A program made the translations under genes and the position numbers. A DNA stretch of 64,000 bases from NCBI GenBank assembly GCA_965224485.1, contig CBDCZH010000023.1, positions 1-64,000 on the forward strand. The letters are read 5' to 3'. The notes below the pieces were generated by a model. The model had not been told where the DNA came from. It saw only the letters and a list, made by a program, of their open reading frames with translations, and did no database searches. Below, one piece after another: positions 18,792 through 29,774 of this stretch. Each line of letters begins with the position of its first letter. Positions within the stretch are counted from its first letter, which is position 1. Source of the stretch: Arcobacteraceae bacterium (GTDB taxonomy: Bacteria > Campylobacterota > Campylobacteria > Campylobacterales > Arcobacteraceae).

Positions 18792-21044
18792 TTAGAATTG
18801 TGAGCCTAAAGAAAACTCAAATGATGATGTTTCATCACCTTTTTCATTATCTAAAGCTTGAGCAAAAATAAATTGCATTGGTCCAAAAGGAGAAATCCAT
18901 TCTACTAAAGCTCCTGTTCCTGATCTATTAATATCATTAAAAGAGTCTTGTCCTATCATTCCATAATCATAAAACAATCCCCATCTCATTTTAGAAGAAG
19001 GAATTAAAGGTAAAGATATTTCTATAGAGTTTGCAAACATATTTTTCATAGCAGGCTCATTAGAAGATGATTCAGGACCAAAAGCATAAGATTTATAACC
19101 TCTTACTGTACTAGTTCCACCTAAGTAAAAAGAGTCACCTTGAGTGATTTTACCATTATCAATTAACATTCCTAATTTAGCTCTATATCTAATAACCCAA
19201 TCTAAATCTAATGCATTTTCAAGCGAGTAAAAATATTTTACAGATGAATTAAGTTTTGCATACTTAGCATCTCCACCAACTCCTGCATATTGTAAAGAAG
19301 CTTTTGCATTAAAACCGTTTCTTGGAAAATAATAATCATCAGTATTGTTAAATGAAACATAAGGAACTAATGAACTAGAAATATAATCTTCATCATTTTT
19401 AAAATTAGAAGGAATATATGAATCACTTGTATCTTCATCAGTATATTTTTCACTAATAGAGTCAAATTTATATTTCACTCCAGCGTATAAGTTTCTCATC
19501 CATTCTTTTCCAACACCAACAGTAAAACCAAGCATTTCTCGATCTAATAAATAATCAGGATCAGAATAATCAATTTCTGTGTCAGAATTATGTATTTCAA
19601 AAGTTCCAGTATATGCACTATCATTAATAGCAGGATCTTTGTATGAAATTTTGTAATTCAATCTTCTATCTGATCTATCAATTGATAAACCAACAGTTTT
19701 CCCTGAACCAAAAACATTTTTTTCATTTATTTCTGCATTAATAATAAATCCATCATAAGAACCAAATCCACCACCTATAATAATATTACCAGTTGATGTT
19801 TCTTTAACTTTTACGATTAAATCCATTCTGTCTTCGCTTACTCTTTTTTGCTCAATAATAACTTCTTCAAAATAACCACTTCTTTGAAGTTTATTTTTAG
19901 AGTCTTTAAAATCAGTAAGGTTAAATAAATCACCAGGAGCTAAATAAACATCTCTTCTTATTACTCTATCTAGTGTTCTTGTATTTCCTGAGATAAAAAC
20001 ATCATTTATATATACTTTTTGTCCTGGAATTACATTTAAAATAATTTCAACTTTACCTTCTTCTTGATTTTTCTTAATATCATACTTAACTTGAGCAAAA
20101 GCATAACCTAAATCAGCAACAGCGGTTTGTATAAAATCACTATCACGTCTTAGTTTTGAAATATCAAAAACTCTTCCAACTTTTAATTTTAAATCAGGAT
20201 AAAGAGTATTTTCATCAATAATCTCATTATCAACATAAATTTTAATCAAAGAAGTTGAATATTGTCTTCCTTCACTTATAAAAAAGTCTAAATTAGCACT
20301 ATTATTTGCAAAGTTTACTTTCATAAAAGGGTCTTTAACTTGAGAATCTAAATAACCATTTTTAAAATACTCATCTTGAATTCTTCTGCTTTCATATGGT
20401 AATTGATCAACTTTAGCTTCACCATCATTTCTTCCAAAAAACCAAGAAAAAGATTCTTCTTCTTTATTAGCTGTAACGTCTTCTAAATCACCTATGTCTA
20501 AATTATTAATTCCATAATAATTTACTTTTTCTATTATTATTTCATCACCTTTATTTATATCAAAAAGTATTGAAACAGAATTTTCGTTTAAGTGTTCAAC
20601 TTCAACTTCAACAACTGAATAAACATAACCTTCACCCTCAAGCTCTTTTAATAAAGCTTTCTTTGCTTTTTTTAGCTTAGATGAAGAGTACATAGTCCCT
20701 TTTGAAAGACCAATTCTTTTATAAAGCTCTTTTAGATCATCATCTCTGGTTTTATAACCAGTCATTTCTATATTTGCTACAATTGGTTTTTCTTTAAACA
20801 AAAACTCAACATTACCATTATTACTTTTTACTGTAATATCATTAAAATAACCAAATTTATAGAACTCTTTTATTGCTTTATTAATTTGTTTGTTATTTAT
20901 ATTATCACCAATCTCAAACCCAAGTGCATCATTAGCTACATTTTGAGATATCATTGATAGGTTTACATATTTTACCGATTGTACTTGTTCTGCACTTAAC
21001 AAAGATGCTAATGCTATTGAACTTATATAAAGAGACTTTTTCAC
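18792..21044 (-). CDS. bamA: Outer membrane protein assembly factor
   Basis: POTRA repeats (GNTRTLDRVIRR), VRGY, WISPFGP, terminal Phe. Confidence 0.96.
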   Translation of the reverse strand: MKKSLYISSIALASLLSAEQVQSVKYVNLSMISQNVANDALGFEIGDNINNKQINKAIKEFYKFGYFNDITVKSNNGNVEFLFKEKPIVANIEMTGYKTRDDDLKELYKRIGLSKGTMYSSSKLKKAKKALLKELEGEGYVYSVVEVEVEHLNENSVSILFDINKGDEIIIEKVNYYGINNLDIGDLEDVTANKEEESFSWFFGRNDGEAKVDQLPYESRRIQDEYFKNGYLDSQVKDPFMKVNFANNSANLDFFISEGRQYSTSLIKIYVDNEIIDENTLYPDLKLKVGRVFDISKLRRDSDFIQTAVADLGYAFAQVKYDIKKNQEEGKVEIILNVIPGQKVYINDVFISGNTRTLDRVIRRDVYLAPGDLFNLTDFKDSKNKLQRSGYFEEVIIEQKRVSEDRMDLIVKVKETSTGNIIIGGGFGSYDGFIINAEINEKNVFGSGKTVGLSIDRSDRRLNYKISYKDPAINDSAYTGTFEIHNSDTEIDYSDPDYLLDREMLGFTVGVGKEWMRNLYAGVKYKFDSISEKYTDEDTSDSYIPSNFKNDEDYISSSLVPYVSFNNTDDYYFPRNGFNAKASLQYAGVGGDAKYAKLNSSVKYFYSLENALDLDWVIRYRAKLGMLIDNGKITQGDSFYLGGTSTVRGYKSYAFGPESSSNEPAMKNMFANSIEISLPLIPSSKMRWGLFYDYGMIGQDSFNDINRSGTGALVEWISPFGPMQFIFAQALDNEKGDETSSFEFSLGSQF

Positions 21045-21154
21045 AGACTTTCCCTCATAATATTTAAATTTAAAGTCAATAATATAACAAAATAAAGTTT
21101 ATAGGATGGTTAAGGTATAATAATTTTGATAATTTATAAAAAAGGTTTAATAAA

Positions 21155-21985
21155 GTGAACATTGGAATTGTTGGTTTAGGTTTAATGGGTGGGTCTCTAG
21201 CGAAAGCTGTAAAAAAATATTCTCTGGCTGAAAAAATATATGGTTATGCTAAAAATGAAAAAACTATTAAAGAAATTATTGAACTCAATTTAGTTGATGA
21301 ATTAGTTGATATAAACACATTAAAAGAAAAATCAGACCTAATAATATTAGCAATTCCTGTTGAGGCTATTATAGAGTTTTTACCAAACTTACTAGATATT
21401 GGTAAAAATACGACTATTATGGACTTAGGTTCTACTAAAAAACTAATTGTTGATAATATTCCAAAAGAAATAAGAGAGAACTTTATAGCAGCTCATCCTA
21501 TGGTTGGTATTGAAACAAGTGGACCAAGAGCTGCCAAAGATGATTTTTATGAAGGGCATACTGTTGTACTTTGTGATTTAGAAGAAAATTCCTACTTACA
21601 TAAAACAAGAGCTAAAGAACTTTTTCAAAATATAGGAATGAGACTTGTTTTTATGGATAGTTCTCAACATGATATTCATGCTTGTTATATGTCTCACTTA
21701 CCTCACGCAATATCTTTTTCCCTAGCAAATACAGTTATGAATCACGAAGATCCTAAGTCTATTATTGCTTTAGCAGCTGGTGGATTTAAAGATATGAGTA
21801 GGGTGGCTAAGTCAAATCCAGATATGTGGAGTGATATTTTTAGGCAAAATAGAGAAAATTTATTAGCTTCAATCAATCTTTTTGATGAACATATGAAAAA
21901 AATAAAAGAAATGCTTATTAATGAAGATTATGAAGATTTAAATAAATGGATGCAAAAAGCAAATTCTTTACACGAAATTCTATAA
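21155..21985 (+). CDS. tyrA: Prephenate dehydrogenase
   Basis: GLGLMGGS, DLGSTK, HPMVG, SHLPH. Confidence 0.95.
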   Translation: MNIGIVGLGLMGGSLAKAVKKYSLAEKIYGYAKNEKTIKEIIELNLVDELVDINTLKEKSDLIILAIPVEAIIEFLPNLLDIGKNTTIMDLGSTKKLIVDNIPKEIRENFIAAHPMVGIETSGPRAAKDDFYEGHTVVLCDLEENSYLHKTRAKELFQNIGMRLVFMDSSQHDIHACYMSHLPHAISFSLANTVMNHEDPKSIIALAAGGFKDMSRVAKSNPDMWSDIFRQNRENLLASINLFDEHMKKIKEMLINEDYEDLNKWMQKANSLHEIL

Positions 21986-22008
21986 AAGTTTCTAAAAAAA
22001 GAATAAAG

Positions 22009-22806
22009 TTATAAAACTTGTTGAAGAGCTTGTTGCACTTTTAGTGCCTGAAAATGTTCTTTAACATCATGACATCTTACAATAGAAGCTCCTTTATTTA
22101 TAGCTTCTAAATGTATCACTAAGGTTCCAGCTAAACGATCTTCTATATCACTTGTAACAATTTGATTTATAAGTGATTTTCTACTAGCTCCTATTAATAA
22201 AGGGTAAGATAAAGAGCTAAAAGAGTTAAGATTTTGTATTAATTTTATATTATGCTCTAATGTTTTACCAAAACCAATGCCAATATCTAAAACAATATCT
22301 TCTATTCCAAAACTTTTAGCTTTTTTAATTCTTTGTTTAAAAAACTCTTCAACCTCTTTTAGTAAATCTGTATAAGATGGTTTATCTTGCATGGTTTTGG
22401 GATTTTTTTGCATATGCATTATTACAACTTTTGCCTTATATGCAGATGCAAGAGTACAAACTTCATCATTTTTCAAACCTGTAATATCATTAATAATACT
22501 AAAACCACAATCTAGTGCATATTTAATTACATAAGGAGTATAAGAATCAATTGAAAATCTAACTTCTTTATATAATTTAGAAGAGTAAATAAGTTTAAAA
22601 ATATCTTCTACTCTTTGAAATTCTATCTCTTTTGATACTTCCTTACTTCCAGGTCTACTTGATACTGCTCCAATATCAATAATATCAGCTCCATCATCAA
22701 TCATTTGTTCAATTTTTAAAATAGCATCTTTACCTTCAAACCTACTATTTTTAAAAAAAGAGTCATCATTTGCATTAATAATTCCCATTATTTCTACATT
22801 TTTCAT
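22009..22806 (-). CDS. folP: Dihydropteroate synthase
   Basis: MGIIN..DSF, SSRPG, DIGIGFGK, SRKS, RCHDV. Confidence 0.95.
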   Translation of the reverse strand: MKNVEIMGIINANDDSFFKNSRFEGKDAILKIEQMIDDGADIIDIGAVSSRPGSKEVSKEIEFQRVEDIFKLIYSSKLYKEVRFSIDSYTPYVIKYALDCGFSIINDITGLKNDEVCTLASAYKAKVVIMHMQKNPKTMQDKPSYTDLLKEVEEFFKQRIKKAKSFGIEDIVLDIGIGFGKTLEHNIKLIQNLNSFSSLSYPLLIGASRKSLINQIVTSDIEDRLAGTLVIHLEAINKGASIVRCHDVKEHFQALKVQQALQQVL

Positions 22807-22807
22807 T

Positions 22808-23428
22808 TTATCTTTTTCTTTGAAGTAAAGATAAAAGAAGTGTGCTCAAAATATTTATAGGTCTTGAGTTTAACTCTAATAGTTTAATAGATTTAGAAAA
22901 AAGTTCTAACTCTTTTTGATTAAACTTTATTTTTTGAGAGTTAGCTTTGAATAAAATACCTTCTATTATACTTTTAGCTTCATTTTTAGGAATTTTTTGA
23001 TTATCTTTTAAAAAATTATATACTTCTTTTAAGTCAAGATTTAAAAGATCTAATTGGCTTTTTACTTGAATAACAGAAGTTTTCAAATATTTATGTGGCA
23101 TTCGTGATAAAATAGTAGGTAAAATACTTGCCTTACTTGTTGTTATGATTATAAAAACAACATTAAAAGGAGGTTCTTCTAGAATTTTAAGTAAAGAGTT
23201 TTGAGCTTCATTTCTAAATGTTTGTCCACATAAAATTATATATTTTACTGAATTAGAAGAGATATAAGCCTCTTTTAAAGCCTCTTTTGCTTGAGCAAGT
23301 AAAAAATCATCTTTTTCTTCATTTCTTATTACTCTAGTATTATGCAAGGGTAAATTCTTAAGAAGCTCACTTATTGTTTCATCAAGTGAGTTTACTATTA
23401 AAATATGAGAGGATTTAATTTCTAACAC
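22808..23428 (-). CDS. holB: DNA polymerase III delta' subunit (short Campylobacterota type)
   Basis: AQNSLLKILEEPP, ILPTILSR. Confidence 0.88.
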   Translation of the reverse strand: MLEIKSSHILIVNSLDETISELLKNLPLHNTRVIRNEEKDDFLLAQAKEALKEAYISSNSVKYIILCGQTFRNEAQNSLLKILEEPPFNVVFIIITTSKASILPTILSRMPHKYLKTSVIQVKSQLDLLNLDLKEVYNFLKDNQKIPKNEAKSIIEGILFKANSQKIKFNQKELELFSKSIKLLELNSRPINILSTLLLSLLQRKR

Positions 23429-23430
23429 TT

Positions 23431-23982
23431 CTAGCTTTCTACATTAATTTCTGCAAATAAAGCAGCACTTAGTGTTTTACTATAAAGTCTAAACATTTGC
23501 AATAGTTTCATATCCAAGGCTTCATCTGAACTTTTTAAATTAAAAGCATCAGGCATTTCTTCATCTAAAAGCCATAAAAAAGAGTTCTTAGAAACTTTAG
23601 GAATAGTTGCCCTTACATCTTGACTTCGTCCTATATACCAAAAACAGTAGCCATTAGGAAAAGAGATATTTAACATATCTTTTATATATGAAATATCATC
23701 TTCATTTTTAGCATTTTCTATATCTTTATAAAAAGATTTAAAATCATAAAAAGGTAAGTATGGTCTATTTAAACTTTTTGAATTGATTTTAGATAAAACA
23801 TATTGTAAAAACCAATCTCTTGAATAATCAGTAATTATAATTACTGAGCATCCTTTATCTAAAATATTTACAATTGATTTTGAAACTAAAGGAGTCCATT
23901 CGTATTTTTTTTCTTCTAACCAAGGAGATATAAGTTTATCTTCTCTTATAGCATCAATTGTCCAATTTAAAAATTCTTGCAC
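23431..23982 (-). CDS. hobA: DnaA-binding initiation regulator
   Basis: WLEEKKYEWTPL, FWYIG; lysC-hobA-holB-folP gene order. Confidence 0.88.
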   Translation of the reverse strand: MQEFLNWTIDAIREDKLISPWLEEKKYEWTPLVSKSIVNILDKGCSVIIITDYSRDWFLQYVLSKINSKSLNRPYLPFYDFKSFYKDIENAKNEDDISYIKDMLNISFPNGYCFWYIGRSQDVRATIPKVSKNSFLWLLDEEMPDAFNLKSSDEALDMKLLQMFRLYSKTLSAALFAEINVES

Positions 23983-25190
23983 TATTTATCCAACTTATAA
24001 GCTTCATGTAAAGACCTAACAGCTAATTCTGCATATTTTTCTTCAATAATCATAGAAATTTTAATTTCAGATGTTGAAATGATTCTTATGTTAATATTTT
24101 CATTTGCCATAGTTGAAAAAGCTTTTGCAGCAACGCCAGCATGAGACTTCATTCCAACTCCGACAATTGAAACTTTGCAAATTAAATCATTATAATCTAT
24201 TCTTTTAGTATCTTGTGAGAAATCATTCATTACAGTTTTACAAACATCCCAATCATCAGTAGGAATAGTAAAGTCTAAATCAGTTACACCATTTACTCCA
24301 ACTGTTTGTACAATCATATCAACATTAACATCAGCTTTTGCAAGAGAAGTAAAAACATTCGCTGCAAAGCCTGGTTTGTCAATTACTCCATACATTCCAA
24401 CTCTAACTTGGTTTTTATCTAAAGCAATTCCACTTACTAATGGTTTTTCCATAATATTCTCTTCTTTCGTAATTAAAGTACCTTCTACTTCTGGAGTAAA
24501 AGAACTTCTTGATACTAAATTTACATTTAATTTTTTTGCCATTTCAACTGATCTATTTTGTAAAACTTTAGCTCCCGAAGAAGCTAGTTCTAACATCTCA
24601 TCATATGAAATCTTTTCTAGTTTTTTAGCCTTTGGTTCAATTCGGGGGTCTGTTGTATAAATACCATCAACATCGGTATAAATTTCACAAACATCTGCTT
24701 TAATAGCACCAGCAATTGCAACAGCTGTTAAATCACTTCCCCCACGCCCTAGTGTTGAGACTCTACCTTCTTGTGTAATCCCTTGAAAACCAGCAACTAT
24801 AATAATTTTTTGCACTTTTATACATTTTTGCATATTTGTAGTATCAATTGATTCTATTCTTGCTTTTGTATGCTCATTATTAGTTAAAATACCTGCTTCT
24901 TCCCCACTCATTGAAATACTTTCATATCCTTGCTCATTTAAAGCAATTGATAATAAAGCAGAAGTAACTCGCTCACCTGAGCTTAGAAGTACGTCTAACT
25001 CAGACCTCATTGGTTTTAAAGAAAAATTATTAGCTAAATCTATTAATTTATTTGTTTCACCACTCATTGCAGAAACAACTGCAATTACATCATGACCATC
25101 ATCTTTTATACTTTTAATAATATTGGCGACATTTTGAATTCTTTCTAATGTTCCAACACTAGTTCCACCGAATTTTAAAACTTTTAACAT
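23982..25190 (-). CDS. lysC: Aspartate kinase
   Basis: KFGGTSV, TLGRGGSD, DPR, two ACT domains. Confidence 0.97.
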   Translation of the reverse strand: MLKVLKFGGTSVGTLERIQNVANIIKSIKDDGHDVIAVVSAMSGETNKLIDLANNFSLKPMRSELDVLLSSGERVTSALLSIALNEQGYESISMSGEEAGILTNNEHTKARIESIDTTNMQKCIKVQKIIIVAGFQGITQEGRVSTLGRGGSDLTAVAIAGAIKADVCEIYTDVDGIYTTDPRIEPKAKKLEKISYDEMLELASSGAKVLQNRSVEMAKKLNVNLVSRSSFTPEVEGTLITKEENIMEKPLVSGIALDKNQVRVGMYGVIDKPGFAANVFTSLAKADVNVDMIVQTVGVNGVTDLDFTIPTDDWDVCKTVMNDFSQDTKRIDYNDLICKVSIVGVGMKSHAGVAAKAFSTMANENINIRIISTSEIKISMIIEEKYAELAVRSLHEAYKLDK

Positions 25191-25193
25191 TTT

Positions 25194-25697
25194 TTAAATA
25201 TAACCTTCGCTTTTAAAATATTTTATTACTTGTTTATATACTGTTCTTTTAAAAAAAGTAATATAATCATATATGTTTTTAACAGGTACAAACTTATACT
25301 CTGAAAACTCTTTTGTATGATGGCTAGAAATATCAATTTTAGCACCAGAGTTTAACTTTACTAAATAATACTTTTGAACCTGTCCATCATAGGGATGCAT
25401 CTTTTTAGCAATTGCAGGAGGAAAATCATAAGATACCCATTCTGGGAACTCTGCAATAATAGAAATATCATTTGTTCCTATTTCTTCTTTTAACTCTCTA
25501 AATAAAGCCTCTTTTGATGTCTCACCTTTATCAATTCCACCTTGAGGGAATTGCCAAGCATTAGTAACATCTGTTCTTGAAGCAATAAAAACTTCACACT
25601 TTAATGGATAAGAAGCTGATAAAACAATAGCTGCAACATTAGGTCTATAGTTTTTTCCATTAGTATTTTTAGGTATATTATTAATTTTATCAACCAT
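25194..25697 (-). CDS. rppH: RNA pyrophosphohydrolase (Nudix)
   Basis: YRPNV, WQFPQGGIDKGE...RELKEEIGT. Confidence 0.95.
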   Translation of the reverse strand: MVDKINNIPKNTNGKNYRPNVAAIVLSASYPLKCEVFIASRTDVTNAWQFPQGGIDKGETSKEALFRELKEEIGTNDISIIAEFPEWVSYDFPPAIAKKMHPYDGQVQKYYLVKLNSGAKIDISSHHTKEFSEYKFVPVKNIYDYITFFKRTVYKQVIKYFKSEGYI

Positions 25698-25752
25698 AAA
25701 TAAACTTTTCCTTATAATTAGGTAAATATTATATTAAACTTAGGATTAAAAA

Positions 25753-26814
25753 TTGCTTTTATATATACACATTCCATTTTGCGACAGTAAATGTTTTTAC
25801 TGTGCTTTTAACTCATATGTAGATATGTTTCATTTAAAAAAAGAGTACATGAAGGCTTTAAGCGTACAGATAAAACATGATTTAGAAAAATTCCATAAAA
25901 ATAAAAAGCTCAAAACAGTCTTTTTAGGAGGAGGAACTCCTTCTTGTATAAAAGCTTGTGAATATGAAGAAATATTTGAAATATTAAAACCATATTTAAA
26001 TAAAGATACAGAAATTACAACAGAAGCTAATCCAAATTCTGCCAGTAAAGAATGGCTTGAAACAATGTATAATTTTGGAGTAAATAGAGTTAGTTTTGGA
26101 GTCCAGAGTTTTGACAATGATAAGCTTAAATTTCTAGGACGTTCGCATAATAGTAAAAGTGCTATAAAAGCTATACAAAATGCCAAATGTATAGGATTTA
26201 AAGGTATTAACTGTGATATTATTTACGGGGTTCATAAAGATACTTTTGAGAGTCTAAAGAAGGATTTTGACCTAATATCTAGCTTAGAAATTAATCACTT
26301 AAGTGCTTATTCTTTAATCATAGAAGAAGGTACAAAATTCTTTAATCAAAGCAAGGTAAAAATAGATGATGAAGACTTATCATATGAAATTTTTGCCTAC
26401 TTAGAAGGTTTAGGGTTTAAGCAATATGAAATTTCTAACTTTGCAAAAGAAAAAAAGTATGAATCTAAACATAATTATGGATATTGGGAACATAATCATT
26501 ATTTAGGAGTAGGAGCAGGGGCTGTTGGTTATGTACAAAATCATAGATATTATCCTAAAAAAGATATTCAAGAGTATATAAATGCTCCTTTAGATTATGA
26601 AAAAGAGCCTTTGAGCAAAGATGATATAAAAGTTGAAAAAGTACTTTTAGGACTAAGGTGCTCAAATGGTGTAGCTTTAAGTTTATTTACAAAAGAAGAG
26701 TTGCAAAAAGTTAAGATTTTAGATGAAGAAAATAAGATTTATATAAAGGAAGAGCGTTTATATAATAAAAACTATCTTATAAGTGATGAGCTAGCCCTTT
26801 TTATTCTTCCTTAA
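25753..26814 (+). CDS. hemW: Radical SAM heme chaperone (HemN-like)
   Basis: YIHIPFCDSKCFYC, GGGTPS, YEISNF, HNxxYW. Confidence 0.9.
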   Translation: MLLYIHIPFCDSKCFYCAFNSYVDMFHLKKEYMKALSVQIKHDLEKFHKNKKLKTVFLGGGTPSCIKACEYEEIFEILKPYLNKDTEITTEANPNSASKEWLETMYNFGVNRVSFGVQSFDNDKLKFLGRSHNSKSAIKAIQNAKCIGFKGINCDIIYGVHKDTFESLKKDFDLISSLEINHLSAYSLIIEEGTKFFNQSKVKIDDEDLSYEIFAYLEGLGFKQYEISNFAKEKKYESKHNYGYWEHNHYLGVGAGAVGYVQNHRYYPKKDIQEYINAPLDYEKEPLSKDDIKVEKVLLGLRCSNGVALSLFTKEELQKVKILDEENKIYIKEERLYNKNYLISDELALFILP

Positions 26815-26883
26815 AAAATTTTCGTATTATACTTAGGCTAAATATAATATTGCCTATGTATAATACAAAGATAAAGGAAATAA

Positions 26884-27708
26884 ATGACAATAAAAGATTG
26901 TGTAAAAAAGTACTCAACTTTTTTAAAAGAAGTAACACATATTCCCTCAAAAGAAGTAGAAATTTTAATCATGTATTTACTTGATAAAAATATAATTTGG
27001 TTACATTTAAATGCAAATAATGAATTTACAAAAACCAAAGAATTAGATAAACTCGTAAGAAAAAGAGCCACACATTATCCAATAGAATATCTTACTAATC
27101 AAGTTAGTTTTTATGGGGAGACTTTTATTATTAAAGAGAATATTTTAATTCCAAGACCAGAAACTGAAATCTTAGTTGAAAAGGCATATGAAGTTTTAAA
27201 AGAGATTAAAAATCCTAAGATTGTAGAAGTAGGGACCGGTAGTGGGATTATTTCTATTATGCTTGCAAAACTACTAAAAGACATAGAAATAACTGCTATT
27301 GATATTAATGAAGATGCTTTAGAATTAGCATTAAAAAATGCAAAAAAACACAAAGTAGAAAAACAAATAAGCTTTAAAAAAGGTGATCTATTAAAAGATA
27401 CAAAAGATGATTATCATATGTGTATCTCAAATCCACCTTATATCCAAGATGATTATGTTTTACCACATAATGTTAGGTTTGAGCCTTCAAATGCTTTATT
27501 TGGTGGAGAAGTAGGAGATGAGCTTTTAAAAGATTTAATTAGCCAAGTTTCGCATAAAAACATACAATATTTATACTGTGAATTTGGATACGATCAAAAA
27601 GATTCAATTAGAACTTTTTGCAAAGATATAAGAGTTAAAAGTATAGAATTTTATAAAGATTATTCTAATTTTGATAGAGGATTTTTATTAGAGTTTAATA
27701 GCAAGTAA
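26884..27708 (+). CDS. prmC: Release factor glutamine methyltransferase
   Basis: LIPRPETE, GTGSG, SNPPY. Confidence 0.95.
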   Translation: MTIKDCVKKYSTFLKEVTHIPSKEVEILIMYLLDKNIIWLHLNANNEFTKTKELDKLVRKRATHYPIEYLTNQVSFYGETFIIKENILIPRPETEILVEKAYEVLKEIKNPKIVEVGTGSGIISIMLAKLLKDIEITAIDINEDALELALKNAKKHKVEKQISFKKGDLLKDTKDDYHMCISNPPYIQDDYVLPHNVRFEPSNALFGGEVGDELLKDLISQVSHKNIQYLYCEFGYDQKDSIRTFCKDIRVKSIEFYKDYSNFDRGFLLEFNSK

Positions 27709-27762
27709 CAAAAGAGCTAGCAATAGTTAAGAAGAACAAAAATAACAATAAAAAGGATTAAA

Positions 27763-29730
27763 GTGTTTAAAGAATTTATAAGTGATAATTTAGAGCAAAG
27801 TAAGTGTTTACTAGAAGAAAAACTTTCTGCTAGTAAAGATATAATAATACAACTTTTAAAAATACAAAATAAAAGCTATGAAAACTTTGTTAAACCATAT
27901 CAAGAAGTAGGGGAGAGTTTAAATGAATTCATAACTCCAATTTTCCATATTGATTCTGTAAAGAATTCAGAAATAACAAATAAGGTACAAGAAGAATGCC
28001 TTCCTCTTATCTCAATTTATGAAACTGAGCTAGGTCAAAATGATGATATTTATAGAGCTTTAATTGATATACAGTTTAAAGGTAAAACATCTTTAAATAG
28101 TATACAAAATAAAGTTCTAGAAAATGAAATAAGAGACTTTAAATTATCAGGTTCACATTTAAATAATAATAAAAAAGAAGAACTTAAAAAAATAAATCTT
28201 AGTCTAAGTGAACTTTCACATAAATTTTCACAAAATATATTAAATGCTACAAATGCTTATGAAATGATAATTGATAATTATGAAGATGTAAAAGAATTAC
28301 CTAAATCAGATTTAGCCCTTGCTTCATTTACACAAGATAATAAAACAAAATATAAGTTCTCACTACAAATGCCTTCTTATCTAGCTTATATTACTTATGG
28401 GACTAATAGAGAAAAAAGAGAAGAGATATATAAGTCTTATTGTACAAGAGCTCCACAAAATGCAGATTTGATTGTTGAAATACTACAACTTAAAGATAAA
28501 AAAGTAAAAATACTTGGTTTTGATTCTTATTCACAATATTCACTTAGTACTAAAATGGCAAAAAATGAGACAGAAGTAATAAGCTTTTTAGAAGAATTAG
28601 GAAGTAAGGCTAAGAATAGAGCAAAAGAAGAGTTACAAGAGCTTAGAGAGCTTGCAGAGAAGGATAATATTACAGATATTAAATCTTATGATTTATCATA
28701 TTATAGTGATAAGTTAAAAAAAGCTAAATATGATATTGACCAAGAATATTATAGACCATATTTTGAAAAAGAGTCTGTATTAGCTGGTTTTTTTGATTTT
28801 TTAAATACTCTCTTTAATATAAGTTTTAAAAAAGTTGAAGCTTCTTCTTGGGATGAAAAAGCAAGTGTTTATAATATCTTTGAAAACAACAAAATTATTG
28901 CAAGGATTTTTATTGATTTAGAAGCTAGAAGTGATAAAAGAGCAGGGGCGTGGATGAACAATTGGCAGACTCATTATGTTGATGAACATAATAATTTACA
29001 TCTTCCTTCTGCTTATATTGTTTGTAATTTTCCACCTTCAACATCAGATACAAAATCTTTACTTCGCCATGATGATGTAGTTACTTTATTTCATGAAATG
29101 GGACATGCTTTGCATCATCTTTTATCAAAAGTACCTGAAGCATATGTAAGTGGAATTTCTGGAGTTTCTTGGGATACAGTTGAGTTTCCTTCTCAGTTTT
29201 TAGAATATTTTGCCTATTCAAAAGATGTGTTAAAACTTTTTGCTAAACACTATATTACACAAGAAATTCTTCCAGATATTGCAATTGAAAAAATTATTAA
29301 ATCTAAGAATTTTCAATCTTCTTTAAGCACATTAAGACAAGTAGAATTTGCTCTTTTTGATTTTATCTTACACCAAAAAACAAGAAAGAATGAAGAAGAA
29401 GTACAAGAAGTATTGAATAAAGTGCGAGATGATTTTTCACTATTAAAAGCGCCTTCATATAATAAATTTCAAAATAGTTTTTCTCATATTTTTGCAGGTG
29501 GTTATGCAGCAGGATATTATTCTTATAAATGGGCAGAAGTATTAAGTGCAGATGCTTTTTATATGTTTATTAATTCTAAAAATATTTTAAATAAAGAATT
29601 AGCTTTAAAATACAAAGAAAATATTTTGCAAAAGGGTGGTTCTAAAAATATGGATGAACTTTTTTATGATTTAACAAATAAAGAACCAAGTGTTGATTCT
29701 TTGTTAAAAATTGATGGGATTATTAGCTAA
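27763..29730 (+). CDS. prlC: M3 family oligopeptidase A
   Basis: FHEMGHALH, GAWM, HIFAGGYAAGYYSYKWAE. Confidence 0.93.
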   Translation: MFKEFISDNLEQSKCLLEEKLSASKDIIIQLLKIQNKSYENFVKPYQEVGESLNEFITPIFHIDSVKNSEITNKVQEECLPLISIYETELGQNDDIYRALIDIQFKGKTSLNSIQNKVLENEIRDFKLSGSHLNNNKKEELKKINLSLSELSHKFSQNILNATNAYEMIIDNYEDVKELPKSDLALASFTQDNKTKYKFSLQMPSYLAYITYGTNREKREEIYKSYCTRAPQNADLIVEILQLKDKKVKILGFDSYSQYSLSTKMAKNETEVISFLEELGSKAKNRAKEELQELRELAEKDNITDIKSYDLSYYSDKLKKAKYDIDQEYYRPYFEKESVLAGFFDFLNTLFNISFKKVEASSWDEKASVYNIFENNKIIARIFIDLEARSDKRAGAWMNNWQTHYVDEHNNLHLPSAYIVCNFPPSTSDTKSLLRHDDVVTLFHEMGHALHHLLSKVPEAYVSGISGVSWDTVEFPSQFLEYFAYSKDVLKLFAKHYITQEILPDIAIEKIIKSKNFQSSLSTLRQVEFALFDFILHQKTRKNEEEVQEVLNKVRDDFSLLKAPSYNKFQNSFSHIFAGGYAAGYYSYKWAEVLSADAFYMFINSKNILNKELALKYKENILQKGGSKNMDELFYDLTNKEPSVDSLLKIDGIIS

Positions 29731-29774
29731 TTTTAGTATAATTAAAATTACAAAACTATTCAAGGAAAGCATTG

